This document shows positions 10,217-19,396 of a stretch of 64,000 nt of DNA, one piece after another (position 1 is the stretch's first letter; each line of letters opens with the position of its first letter). The DNA is taken from positions 10,643 to 74,642 of the forward strand of contig CAWKBA010000008.1 in the NCBI GenBank assembly GCA_963847765.1. Reading direction: 5' to 3'. The translations under genes were made by a program, and so were the position numbers. Source of the stretch: Candidatus Melainabacteria bacterium (GTDB taxonomy: Bacteria > Cyanobacteriota > Vampirovibrionia > Obscuribacterales > Obscuribacteraceae). The notes under the pieces were generated by a model. It was not told where the DNA came from, ran no database searches, and worked only from the letters and a program-made list of their open reading frames with translations.

Positions 10217-10774
10217 ATGAAAGAAATCTTGCTAGCTTTTATTTTGGCTCTAATTATTGGCAGTATTATTAATGGTTGGCAGCAACAGCCCCCTCAGGAA
10301 GCACAGCGCAAGCCAATAGCGGGTACAACTGGCAACAGTACAAAGACAAGCGAGAACACTGGCTCAACGGGCAAGGTTGTAGGGGCGGACTTTGTCCCGC
10401 CCGCACCCGCCCCTACAGGACCCAGGCGTGATTTTCCTGATTTTAACTCCTTCCCTAGCCTTGATTCTGCCAATTTTAATGATTTAGTGCTTGCCAGCGA
10501 GAAACCTGTTTTTATTGTTTGTTTTACACCCAACAATTTATCTTGCGAACGAATGATACCCCTGATTGCCGCATTGGCTCAGGAACATGCCGACTCGATA
10601 AAAATGACAAAACTGAATGTACTGGGCAATGCAGGCTTGGCACAGAAATACGAAGTTTATTCAGTGCCAACCTTTATTGCATTCAGCAAAGGACAGATAA
10701 CAGCTAGATTAACCGGGGTCGTAGCCAAAGATCGCTTAGAAGAGATGGTAAAAGTGGCAAACCAAAGCCGATAG
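10217..10774 (+). CDS. Membrane-anchored thioredoxin-like protein lacking the CxxC pair (single Cys retained)
   Basis: 185 aa. The N-terminal TM is nearly identical to that of the preceding gene. In the Trx fold, WCGPC is replaced by NNLSC and the cis-Pro motif VPT is retained. Confidence 0.7.
   Translation: MKEILLAFILALIIGSIINGWQQQPPQEAQRKPIAGTTGNSTKTSENTGSTGKVVGADFVPPAPAPTGPRRDFPDFNSFPSLDSANFNDLVLASEKPVFIVCFTPNNLSCERMIPLIAALAQEHADSIKMTKLNVLGNAGLAQKYEVYSVPTFIAFSKGQITARLTGVVAKDRLEEMVKVANQSR
10379..10404 (+). repeat. GTAGGGGC hairpin element, in frame in the thioredoxin-like linker
   Basis: gtaggggcggactttgtcccgcccgc has the stem GGGCGG/CCGCCC. Confidence 0.8.
10405..10416 (-). repeat. Partial GTAGGGGC element (half-site)
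   Basis: acccgcccctac lies immediately after the full copy and contains the exact 8-mer in the opposite orientation. Confidence 0.5.
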
Positions 10775-10831
10775 TGGGTAAAATAAAGTAAGGAAGAGGT
10801 AGCTTAATCTGGCTCCAGGTTAAATAAACCA

Positions 10832-11083
10832 ATGAAGAGTTATCTGATTATTTTCATCTTAGTCCTTTGTTTTACATGTTGGTTGGGCGACGCCGGCAAT
10901 CCGCCCAGTACCGTGCCGGTTAGAATTGGTGAGATGACCAGTGCCCCTTACGGACCCATTCACCAGGAAGAGATGATACCGGATTTTACTTATGTCGATC
11001 AGCCAAGGAATAGTCCTTTTATAACCAAAATAGAAAACAGTAGTATCGGCCATGAAGCGGAATTCCCCATTGGCTTAAGATAA
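10832..11083 (+). CDS. Small secreted or lipoprotein-like protein, unknown function
   Basis: 83 aa with a hydrophobic N-terminus containing Cys residues (MKSYLIIFILVLCFTCWLG). Confidence 0.4.
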   Translation: MKSYLIIFILVLCFTCWLGDAGNPPSTVPVRIGEMTSAPYGPIHQEEMIPDFTYVDQPRNSPFITKIENSSIGHEAEFPIGLR

Positions 11084-11085
11084 TC

Positions 11086-11112
11086 GTAGGGGCGGGGCGA
11101 AGCTCCGCCCGC
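11086..11112 (+). repeat. GTAGGGGC hairpin element (intergenic)
   Basis: gtaggggcggggcgaagctccgcccgc starts 3 nt after the stop codon of the preceding ORF. Confidence 0.8.
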
Positions 11113-11159
11113 ATCAGCCCACGAAGAAAAGAAACAATAAAGAAGAATCACCAATAATA

Positions 11160-11353
11160 ATGAAGACCTGGGCAAAATGGACGTTATTGATACTATGGAC
11201 AGTGCTGTTGCTTTGCACCGCCGGCTTCTGGAATCCTTTTGCCTCATTTCCAGCTCTTATTAAATACTCAGTTGTTTCCTGGTTGGAGCGGCGTTATTTG
11301 GCGCTCTTGTTCTTCTTATTCAATTCTTTATTTTACTTTCTATTATTTTTCCT
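11160..11353 (+). other. Probable N-terminal transmembrane segment of the FtsH-like gene, in a different frame as sequenced
   Basis: ORF 11160..11459 begins MKTWAKWTLLILWTVLLLCTAGFW (TM1). The frame of the 1044-aa ORF is open from 11264 and there encodes LVGAALFGALVLLIQFFILLSIIFP (TM2). Adding one A to the A3 run at 11262..11264 would join the two. Confidence 0.4.
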
Positions 11354-14300
11354 TTGCCGCCACGTGCAGATCTCAAAGCCCCCAAAAGTATCTGGCGCAA
11401 ATTTTTTCCTTTCTTATTTAAAGCCCCAACCATCAATCCCAAAGCTCCTACCCTGCTAAAAGAATTAGTTGGTAATGAAAGAGCCAAGACTGAAATTCAG
11501 GAAGTTGTAGAAATGCTTACTGATCCAAGCAAGTACAATGCAACCGGCGCTCAGGTGCCTAAGGGAATGCTTTTCATTGGACCACCCGGTGTTGGCAAAA
11601 CATTATTTGCCCGCGCCATTGCTAATGAAATCGGCATTCCTTTTTTCGTAATCGAAGGTTCCAGTATAAGCGGATTAATTATGGGTTTAGGTGTACTCAA
11701 ACTAAAAACATTATTTACCAAATTGCGCCAATTTGAACGATCGATAATTTTTATAGATGAAATCGATTCCATGGCAGCTCGCCGTAAAGCCGACAAAGGC
11801 TTTGGTGGTGTTGCCGACATGAATATGACTCTAAATACTTTGCTCACCGAAATGGATGGTTTTTATGGCAGCAATATGATGGTTATTGGCGCCACTAACA
11901 ATGATTCTACGTTGGATCCTGCTCTTATGCGTTCCGGCCGCATGGACAGAAGAATTTATTTTGAATTGCCTAACCCGGAAGAAAGAAAAGAGCTATTTCG
12001 CTATTACTTGAATAAAGTCAATGCTGATTGGCCGGCTATAGATTTAGACGAACTAGCTATGCTCACCGCCAATTATTCTCCAGCTGAAATTGCAGGCGTT
12101 GTTAACGAGGCGGCTTTAATTGCCAATCGCCCCAATGGTCCGGGCAAAGTGACTTCGGCTGTAATTATTCAAGCTCTGGAACGCATGTCGGTTGGACTTG
12201 AGCGCACCATGGTTGGTTCAGGCATTCAAATAACCAGTCATGATGCTTCAGTACGTCTTGATGATGTTATCGGTATTGATGATGTTAAACACGATATGCT
12301 TGAGATAGTAGATTTTTTACGGCGCGGTGATGAATTGCGACGTATTGGCGCCAAAATTCCTAAAGGTATTTTGCTGGTCGGGCCTCCTGGTGTGGGTAAA
12401 ACAATGCTCGCTAAAGCTATAGCTAACGAAGCCGGCGTACCTTTTTATGGCTTATCAGGCAGTTATTTTATCAATGCTTATGTCGGTGAAGGAGCTGAGC
12501 AAATAAGAGCCCTTTATACACAGGCGCGCAAAAGCCCGGCGGCAATTGTTTTTATGGATGAAATTGACGCTCTCGGTGGTACAGTCACAGACACAGGCAG
12601 CCAACGTCACAGTGCTCTTAATCAATTATTGGTTGAACTGGATGGCATTGGGCGCAGTAATGTTATCACTATTGGCGCCACCAACGTAGAACAAAATCTT
12701 GATCCTGCTTTTATGCGCTCGGGTAGATTCGATCGCAAAACCTATATAGGCTTACCTGATGCCGACGGCAGAAAGAAATTATTTAAAAAATATTTGAAGG
12801 ATATTAAATTAGCCTCTGAACCGGATTTAGACAATTTGGCAAAAATATCAGTCAATTTTTCCGGGGCTGATATTGCTGCTGCTACTAATGAAGCTGCCAT
12901 TATTGCCGTGCGTCGCGGCAGCAAGCATGTGGAACAAATAGATCTGGAAAATGCTGTTGATCGCATATCCGTAACGGCTGGCCATAAATTAAACACCGGC
13001 GGTATGAATTTATCTCGCGTGCCTGACATTGATGTCATGCTCGATGACGTTAAAGGCATGGATTCAGCCAAGGCTGAAGCAGCAGAAGTAGTAGCTCTGC
13101 TTAAACATGCCGATAAAGTGGCCAAAAGTGGATTGAAAGCGCCCAAAGGAATATTACTGGTAGGCCCGCCTGGTACTGGTAAAACAATGCTGGCCAAAGC
13201 CATTGCTAATGAAGCTGGTGTGCCATTTTATGCACTATCCGGCGGTGATTTCCAATCTATGTGGGCTGGTGTTGGCTCTAATCGTGTGCGCGCCGTTTAT
13301 GAGCAGGCACGCCGCAGCGGCAAGCCCTGTATTGTCTTTATAGATGAAATTGATGCCATCGGCAGCAAGCGCGGCGTAGAACGTGGTGGCGGTGCCGTGC
13401 AAGACTCTAATAAAACACTCAATCAATTATTGAGCGAGCTGGATGGTTTTGGTAAACATAAAGTGCTTACCATTGGCGCCACTAATAACGCCGATATACT
13501 TGATGGGGCGTTATTGCGTCCGGGACGTTTTGATCGCAGAATCGACATTCCATTGCCTAATCTTGAAGGCAGAGAGGCTATCGTTAAGTCTTATCTAAAA
13601 GATGTGCCTTACGATGAATCAGTAAATCCGCTTGATGTCGCTCGTATGACCGTGTATAAAGCCGGGGCTGATTTGGCCAATATTGTCAATGAAGCCGGAC
13701 TTGTTGCTATCCGTGACGGGCGCACAAAAATAGCTCAATCAGATCTTATTCAAGCTGTTCAAAGGGTCAGCTTCGGTATGTCTTACAGTGGCAATGTTTT
13801 GCGCGATGAATTGTTGCACACAGCTCATCATGAGGCCGGACACGCTATAGTCTCTTATTTCCGCAATCGCAAAGATCGCATCCAGGTATTAACCATTGTG
13901 CCTGTTGGCCAAGCGTTAGGCTATCTCTGGAGGGTACCAAAAGAAGACTATCACTCCACTTCCAAAGAAGAATGGATGACAAATATGGAAGTGGGACTTG
14001 GCGGCTATGCAGCAGAAGAATTATGTTATCAAACTACTACAGCCGGTCCTTGTTCTGATCTGGATAAAGTGGCCTATTTCGCCCGCAAGATGATCAGAGA
14101 ATGGGGCATGGGTTCATTCAAATTCAATGTTGATCGGGCCTTTGGCGGCGAATATTCTCGCACTTCGCCGGAAACTGAACGACAAATAGAAGAAGAAATC
14201 AAAGGCATTGTTGATCAATGTTTGGACAATGTGCGTGAATTGCTACGTAAGCATAAGGATAAACTGCTCAATTTAGCCGAAGCCCTCATGGAAAAAGAAA

Positions 14301-14488
14301 CTCTCTACTTCCGCGACATCGCTAGAATTCTTGAGCCTGATCGTTCCGAACTAGACATTGAACGCGAATCTTTGATATTAGCCGACAAAAAATTAGTGGG
14401 CAAAGTACCCATAATAAATCTCGAAGCTATCAAAGGTTTATCCGATCCAGAAAAAGAGCCAGAAAAACCGAAAGAAAATCCCGATTAA
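11354..14488 (+). CDS. FtsH-like ATP-dependent zinc metalloprotease with three tandem AAA+ modules and one M41 peptidase domain
   Basis: 1044 aa. Walker A GPPGVGKT / GPPGVGKT / GPPGTGKT lie near 11579, 12379 and 13162. Walker B motifs are FIDEID / FMDEID / FIDEID. There are three GATN...R.GR.DR second-region-of-homology motifs, and HHEAGHAIV lies near 13825. Confidence 0.85.
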   Translation: MPPRADLKAPKSIWRKFFPFLFKAPTINPKAPTLLKELVGNERAKTEIQEVVEMLTDPSKYNATGAQVPKGMLFIGPPGVGKTLFARAIANEIGIPFFVIEGSSISGLIMGLGVLKLKTLFTKLRQFERSIIFIDEIDSMAARRKADKGFGGVADMNMTLNTLLTEMDGFYGSNMMVIGATNNDSTLDPALMRSGRMDRRIYFELPNPEERKELFRYYLNKVNADWPAIDLDELAMLTANYSPAEIAGVVNEAALIANRPNGPGKVTSAVIIQALERMSVGLERTMVGSGIQITSHDASVRLDDVIGIDDVKHDMLEIVDFLRRGDELRRIGAKIPKGILLVGPPGVGKTMLAKAIANEAGVPFYGLSGSYFINAYVGEGAEQIRALYTQARKSPAAIVFMDEIDALGGTVTDTGSQRHSALNQLLVELDGIGRSNVITIGATNVEQNLDPAFMRSGRFDRKTYIGLPDADGRKKLFKKYLKDIKLASEPDLDNLAKISVNFSGADIAAATNEAAIIAVRRGSKHVEQIDLENAVDRISVTAGHKLNTGGMNLSRVPDIDVMLDDVKGMDSAKAEAAEVVALLKHADKVAKSGLKAPKGILLVGPPGTGKTMLAKAIANEAGVPFYALSGGDFQSMWAGVGSNRVRAVYEQARRSGKPCIVFIDEIDAIGSKRGVERGGGAVQDSNKTLNQLLSELDGFGKHKVLTIGATNNADILDGALLRPGRFDRRIDIPLPNLEGREAIVKSYLKDVPYDESVNPLDVARMTVYKAGADLANIVNEAGLVAIRDGRTKIAQSDLIQAVQRVSFGMSYSGNVLRDELLHTAHHEAGHAIVSYFRNRKDRIQVLTIVPVGQALGYLWRVPKEDYHSTSKEEWMTNMEVGLGGYAAEELCYQTTTAGPCSDLDKVAYFARKMIREWGMGSFKFNVDRAFGGEYSRTSPETERQIEEEIKGIVDQCLDNVRELLRKHKDKLLNLAEALMEKETLYFRDIARILEPDRSELDIERESLILADKKLVGKVPIINLEAIKGLSDPEKEPEKPKENPD

Positions 14489-14736
14489 ATAATTTCTTCA
14501 TCTGAGTAATATTGATGCTCGCGCTAGCCGCGCTAACTTGCTCAGGGAAGTTTAATTTTGATAATCAGCTAATAAGTCTTTAATTGAATGGACCGTAATG
14601 GTTAGGCTCGCAAGTCAAAAAAGGCAGTAGCGAGCATCCGGCGCGGCTTTTCGCTCAGATTGAAAAACCCACTTAAACTAGTAAGGTACATTGCTTGATT
14701 TTACCTGCGCTCAAATTTCGTATATCGTATCTGCAG

Positions 14737-14800
14737 GTCGCAGCGGCCGCAATGGGCCGCGAGGCATATGAGTTATGCCGAGCGGGTCTGCCGCTGAAAC
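14737..14800 (+). repeat. 64-nt intergenic hairpin repeat, copy 1
   Basis: gtcgcagcggccgcaatgggccgcgaggcatatgagttatgccgagcgggtctgccgctgaaac. The central hairpin is GGCATA-TGAGT-TATGCC. It matches the reverse complement of 58068..58131. Confidence 0.75.
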
Positions 14801-14845
14801 AATAACCTAATATGCAATCGACCCCTCAGTCCGTGGTCATCCACT

Positions 14846-15376
14846 CTATGATGCTCGATAAATTTCGTCAACCAAGGCCGCTTCCCTGATTGTGTAATAT
14901 TCTCTTGAACCTTTCTGATATCGTTCTTTTAATTTGCGGCGTAATTTACTTTCTTTAGTCGGTGGATCTTTTTCTGGTGGATTGGTTTTTAGCTCTTTTT
15001 TCTTGTGTTTTAACCATTTATCCAAATGAATTTCCAATTGAGGTAAATGTTTGTCTACTATATCCCAGACAATTTTAGGATCTGTTTTCCAATATACATG
15101 AACCAAAATTGTTCGCATTCCCTTAATTAATGCCCATTCAATGTCAGGATAAAGTTCGTCATAATGATATTCACTCACCAGTTTCGAAGCCGCTTCGCCG
15201 ATTATGGAAAGGTGTCTTTCACAATAGCCACGAAAATATTCATCCTCAAACCAAGCTTTTTCTCCTTTTGAAAATTTTGGATGACAATGAATTGATCGAA
15301 TGGACTGCTTAATATCTTGCAGACGATCAAGCTCCTTGCGTCCAAAAGATTTTTTTATTTTTCTCTCTTCGTTCAT
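14846..15376 (-). CDS. HEPN domain (DUF86-type) toxin-like protein with Lys-rich C-terminal extension
   Basis: 176 aa with an Rx4H motif in MRTILVHVYW. Its start overlaps the stop of the upstream nucleotidyltransferase gene (ATGA). Confidence 0.75.
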   Translation of the reverse strand: MNEERKIKKSFGRKELDRLQDIKQSIRSIHCHPKFSKGEKAWFEDEYFRGYCERHLSIIGEAASKLVSEYHYDELYPDIEWALIKGMRTILVHVYWKTDPKIVWDIVDKHLPQLEIHLDKWLKHKKKELKTNPPEKDPPTKESKLRRKLKERYQKGSREYYTIREAALVDEIYRAS

Positions 15377-15662
15377 AAAGGCACAGCTTCATCCAACACG
15401 TCTTTGCGTATCCCTGTTTTGAGCATTTTATCTGTTCCCAAATCCACCTTGCGGCCAAGAAGCTTTTCCAATTCTTCCTGCAATACGAACAAATCGCCAA
15501 GATAATACTGCTTGTTGAATTTCACCAACATATCGACATCGCTTTTTCATCATAATCGTCACGCGCACAAGACCCGAAGACACGCACATTGCTTGCTCCA
15601 TGCCTGGCACAAATGGCTAGAATCTCATCGCGTTTTTCAACTAATTGATCAACGATATCCAT
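15373..15662 (-). CDS. Minimal nucleotidyltransferase (MNT) antitoxin-like gene, frameshifted as sequenced
   Basis: The reverse strand reads MDIVDQLVEKRDEILAICARHGASNVRVFGSCARDDYDEK, then the frame is lost. Adding one base to the homopolymer at 15543..15547 restores SDVDMLVKF...LEKLLGRKVDL. Confidence 0.65.
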
Positions 15663-15749
15663 AGGATAATCCACCAGATATTATTATACGGCCAACAGTC
15701 TATTGATTATAGCCCAATTTTAGAATTCATTTGACAACTTTAATCTATA

Positions 15750-17504
15750 TTATTTCTCGCTATAAGGATTCGGCAGATAAGGCAATTTGTCTGTTTCTCT
15801 TTCCGGTTTGCGCAATTCGACTTCTTCGATTAAAACTGAAGGGGTGATTAAATCCGTATACGACAAACCACTTGAGCCGGCATACAGACCTTGCAGCCCT
15901 AAGATAAGGACTTGCATCATTGCCGGTATAAACGATGTCGCGCAGCACACGCAAAGATAGAGAACTAAATTGGGCGCCGCGCACCAGTTGTTCTTTGCCA
16001 TCATCAACAGAAACTGAATAAATAATAATGGCGGGCGGGCAGTTATGCCACCGGTTGCACCGCTGGCTACACTTGCTTTAACTTCTGCAAGCAGCGAAGC
16101 CGGATCAAATACATGCCGGCATCATATGTTGACAGCCGACGAGCAATCATCACTGATTTCAAGCCTTCTTTTTTGCCTAATTCTATAAGCTTATCTTTTA
16201 GCTGGGCTGGGCTTAATTGATTACTCGGAATCTATAAATAAAATATTGGCTTCGCCCACACCATTAATTGAATGTCCATTGCTGTGATCAGTGTATAAAG
16301 TAGGCATGCGGCTTGTGCAAAAAGTTTTGAGAATGCCTTTATCAACAAGAAGAACTTTTTGTGCCGGCACCCCATCATCATCTATTTTATAACCACCAAA
16401 TAATGGGCTGGTTTTTAAAGTTTTTTGCTAAGGGATCATCAGTAATAGTAATAAATTCAGGCAAGATTCGCCGTCCATAAAGATCTTTCAATGGATTACG
16501 TCTGGCGGGCTGTGCATTTTCCATACCACTGGCCGAGATTTTCTTGCGCATGACCTAAATTGGGGCGCAAAATCTGATTGAAAAATTCAGCTGCAGCCTG
16601 TCCTTCCAGCAATATTGGCCCGCGATATTCATCAGCCAGCGGTGCCGATTTCAAGCTAATCAAATTAGCAATCATGTCTTTAATTGCCTGCTCCAGCACT
16701 TCTTTTGCGGGCAATTCGTTTTCACTGTAGCCGGCAAAGACTCTGCTGTCTGCCAATTGCATGCCGTCGTCTGCTTGCAAGCTAGCCATAATTGTCAGCA
16801 AATATTGATTTTGATATTCCCGGCAATATGTGCCTTCGCTGTTTACAAACCAGTCATTACAGCCATTGGCACTAAACCAACAAGTGAATGTTGAATGGCT
16901 GGATATTGGCTGAAAATAGCCGAAAGTGATTTAATTGTTGTTTGCCAATGATCGCTGTCTGAGTCAAACTTAAGCGGTTTATCGATAACAGCAACCGGCT
17001 TTTCCTTCGACATATCATCGGGACGCTCTCTGACATTATTTTGAGCCAGGTAAGTTTTTTTAGCTTCCAGATTTTTTATAGCTACTTTATAATCCGCATC
17101 AGTGCGCAACCATAATGTATGGCGAATGGCATCATAGTCATCGTCGATAGTAATAACGTTCCCATGAGGGAGAATTCCCGATTGTGCTGCGGCCGGGTTA
17201 GAGAAGTTTGAGCTGTCTAATTTATAATCTCCTTCGCGAACATCAACTTTAAGATCTCGCCAGCGTTTATGCTCATTTTCAGTCAGCGCCCCGCATGATG
17301 CTGAAAGAGAAACGTTATCATATTGCGTAATTGTGTAAGAGAGAAAATATGGACCAGTATGGCCATTAAGTTTAAGGCGTTCTTTGAGCGGGCCATTTCA
17401 TCTTGCATGGCCTGCATGACTATGTCAGGAGCATCCGCAAGCGCCGGCAAACAAGGCACAAGCATAATCAAAATTACAGCCCAGCTGAAAAAACTTTTTC
17501 TCAA
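15750..17504 (-). pseudogene. TldD/PmbA-family secreted protein, paralog or partner of the upstream gene, broken by about eight frameshifts
   Basis: The pieces (signal peptide RKSFFSWAVILIMLVPCLPALA ... SPSVLIEEVELRK) align in order to the neighbouring TldD-like protein but occupy all three frames. No HExxxH motif is present (PmbA-like). Confidence 0.6.
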
Positions 17505-19237
17505 TTTTTCTTTTCCTTATTTTCAGATAAAGGCGGCGGCAGCACCGGCGGCTTGATTTGCTCGTTTGTTTTTCTTTCTACTTCAATTGTTTTAATGAGC
17601 AAGCTGGGCGAGGTTGCTGACACCGGCACCCAGCCTGATTCAGCACCACAAGTGCCGTTAAAAGTGTCCGGGTCATCGCCGGCTTGAATAATATTTTCTA
17701 GCGAAGTTAATGGTGTGCCGACCAGGTCTACACCACGTACAAGTTCATCAGGGCGGCCGTCAGCATAAACTTTGGTGACCATAAGCGGCAACAACTTAAA
17801 AGATTGAGGCATCATCGTCTGAGTAACTGTAAAGCCGCCTGGCCAGTTGATCAAAAATCAAGCCATATTGTTTGCCTTGTTTTTTTGTTTCATTTATAAG
17901 TTCCTGGCGCAATTGGCTATAGGGCACAGTTTTACTGGCCACAACCATAAGATTGCCCTGCCGGGCGGTAGGCTGATAACCCGGGGCACAGCGCCCGTGG
18001 CCGTTGCTGTGTGGACAGCCCTTCACCGGAGAGCGCCCGCACAGAAAAGTTTTTAAAACACCATGATCAACAATGGTTACCTTTTGCGCCGGTACCCCTT
18101 CATCATCAATGGTATAGAAGCCGTTTAAAGTTTTTGACTTCAACTTCTCGCAAAGCGGGTCATCAATGACTGAAATAAATTCGGGCATAATTTGCTGTCC
18201 CAATTTTTTAGCAAAAGTGCGCCCTTCTTCCATGTCTTTCTGGCGATGCCCTTCAATGCGATGCCCCAGTGTTTCATGGAAATAAACAGCAGCCGCCTTG
18301 CCGTTTAAAATAGCCGGTCCGCTGAACGGCTCAGCCGGCGGTGCCGTTCGCAATTTTTCAAGCGATTGCGCCAGATCGTTAACTGTTTGAGCAAACTTCG
18401 TCTCATCGGGAAGCTCATCTGCTGATCTTGCTTCCACACTGTCATAAAGCCACAGTCTCATACCATCATCAGCAAGAGCCTCGGCACTGGTCGATAAACG
18501 GTACTGCACACCTTCATCTTCAACCTTTGTGCCTTCGCTTGTTACCAGATAGCGGTGAGTGTGAATAGTTGCAAAATCAACACGCGAGTGGAAAATCTCC
18601 GGATATTGCCGATAAATAACAGACAAATGTCGAAGCCTACTCTCCCAGACAGCGCGATCGGCTATTAAAACTGCCGGCTGGCCGGTATGAACACAAGGTT
18701 TTTCAGCAGAAAAATCAGCCGAAGTATCTTCTTCCGGTGCTAGTACATCCTCATTTGCTTTGACAGTTGCATAACGTTTCTGGGCAGATTTAAAAGCAGC
18801 ATCGGTCTTGCCCATACAGCTGCTCGAATAGCCTTTTCATTATCTTCAAGCGGAATCGGCGAATGAGCCACTGGAAATAAAGCAGATAAATCAGGCTTGT
18901 TGCCACGGATTTTATGAGTATTATCTCGTTGAGGGCTGCCTACTCTTAAATCCAGCTCTAACATGCGTTGGTGCCGGGGATAGCTGTCGATATTTAAAGC
19001 ACCATATTGTGACAAGAGATCAAGTGTTTCTGTGTCGTAAAGTCTATAAGCAAGAAAATATAGTGGTGCTTCGCCGGCTGTTTTTAATTTATCGAAAGAG
19101 CGATTTAGCTCTTTTTGCAACGCTGCCATGACAACATTATCTGAAGTATGAGCATTTTGTGCTCCCGCAACCGGACTATATATAAGCTGCCAGAGCAAAA
19201 GGACAGCCAGGCAAATAGACCAGTTTTTTTCTTTCAT
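17501..19237 (-). CDS. Secreted TldD-like metalloprotease, interrupted by two homopolymer frameshifts as sequenced
   Basis: It has a signal peptide (MKEKNWSICLAVLLLWQLIYSPVAGA), HETLGHRIEGH and SNGHGR. The three ORF pieces join at the C3 run 18811..18813 and the A5 run 17853..17857. Confidence 0.7.
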
Positions 19238-19396
19238 GGAGACAGATGCAGTCCTTTATTTATCAATGAGCAATCAAGAGCAGTGTACTTAGAATAGCAA
19301 GGATTGCCCGGTTTTTGTATTGCTTTGTCAAGCACGTATACTAAATATCTACATACGATATATGAGTTGATCAAGCCATCGACAGAGGAGATCGCC

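Noticed and set aside
9827-11112. The clustered GTAGGGGC repeats could be a CRISPR-like array.
   Set aside because: The copies are irregularly spaced and in both orientations. Most lie inside ORFs, and there is no constant-length spacer pattern or cas gene. They are dispersed elements, not an array.
10999-11459. Small overlapping ORFs (10999..11247 minus, 11239..11421 plus) lie around the start of the FtsH-like gene.
   Set aside because: One is the antisense reading of the repeat element and flanking sequence. The other is an alternative frame of the hydrophobic N-terminal region. The two-TM reading joined by a homopolymer correction explains the region better.
11354-14488. The triple AAA+ architecture could be an assembly artefact (tandem repeat expansion).
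   Set aside because: The three modules are clearly diverged in protein sequence. Even the identical peptide shared by modules 2 and 3 is encoded with many synonymous differences, which mis-assembly of one repeat could not produce.
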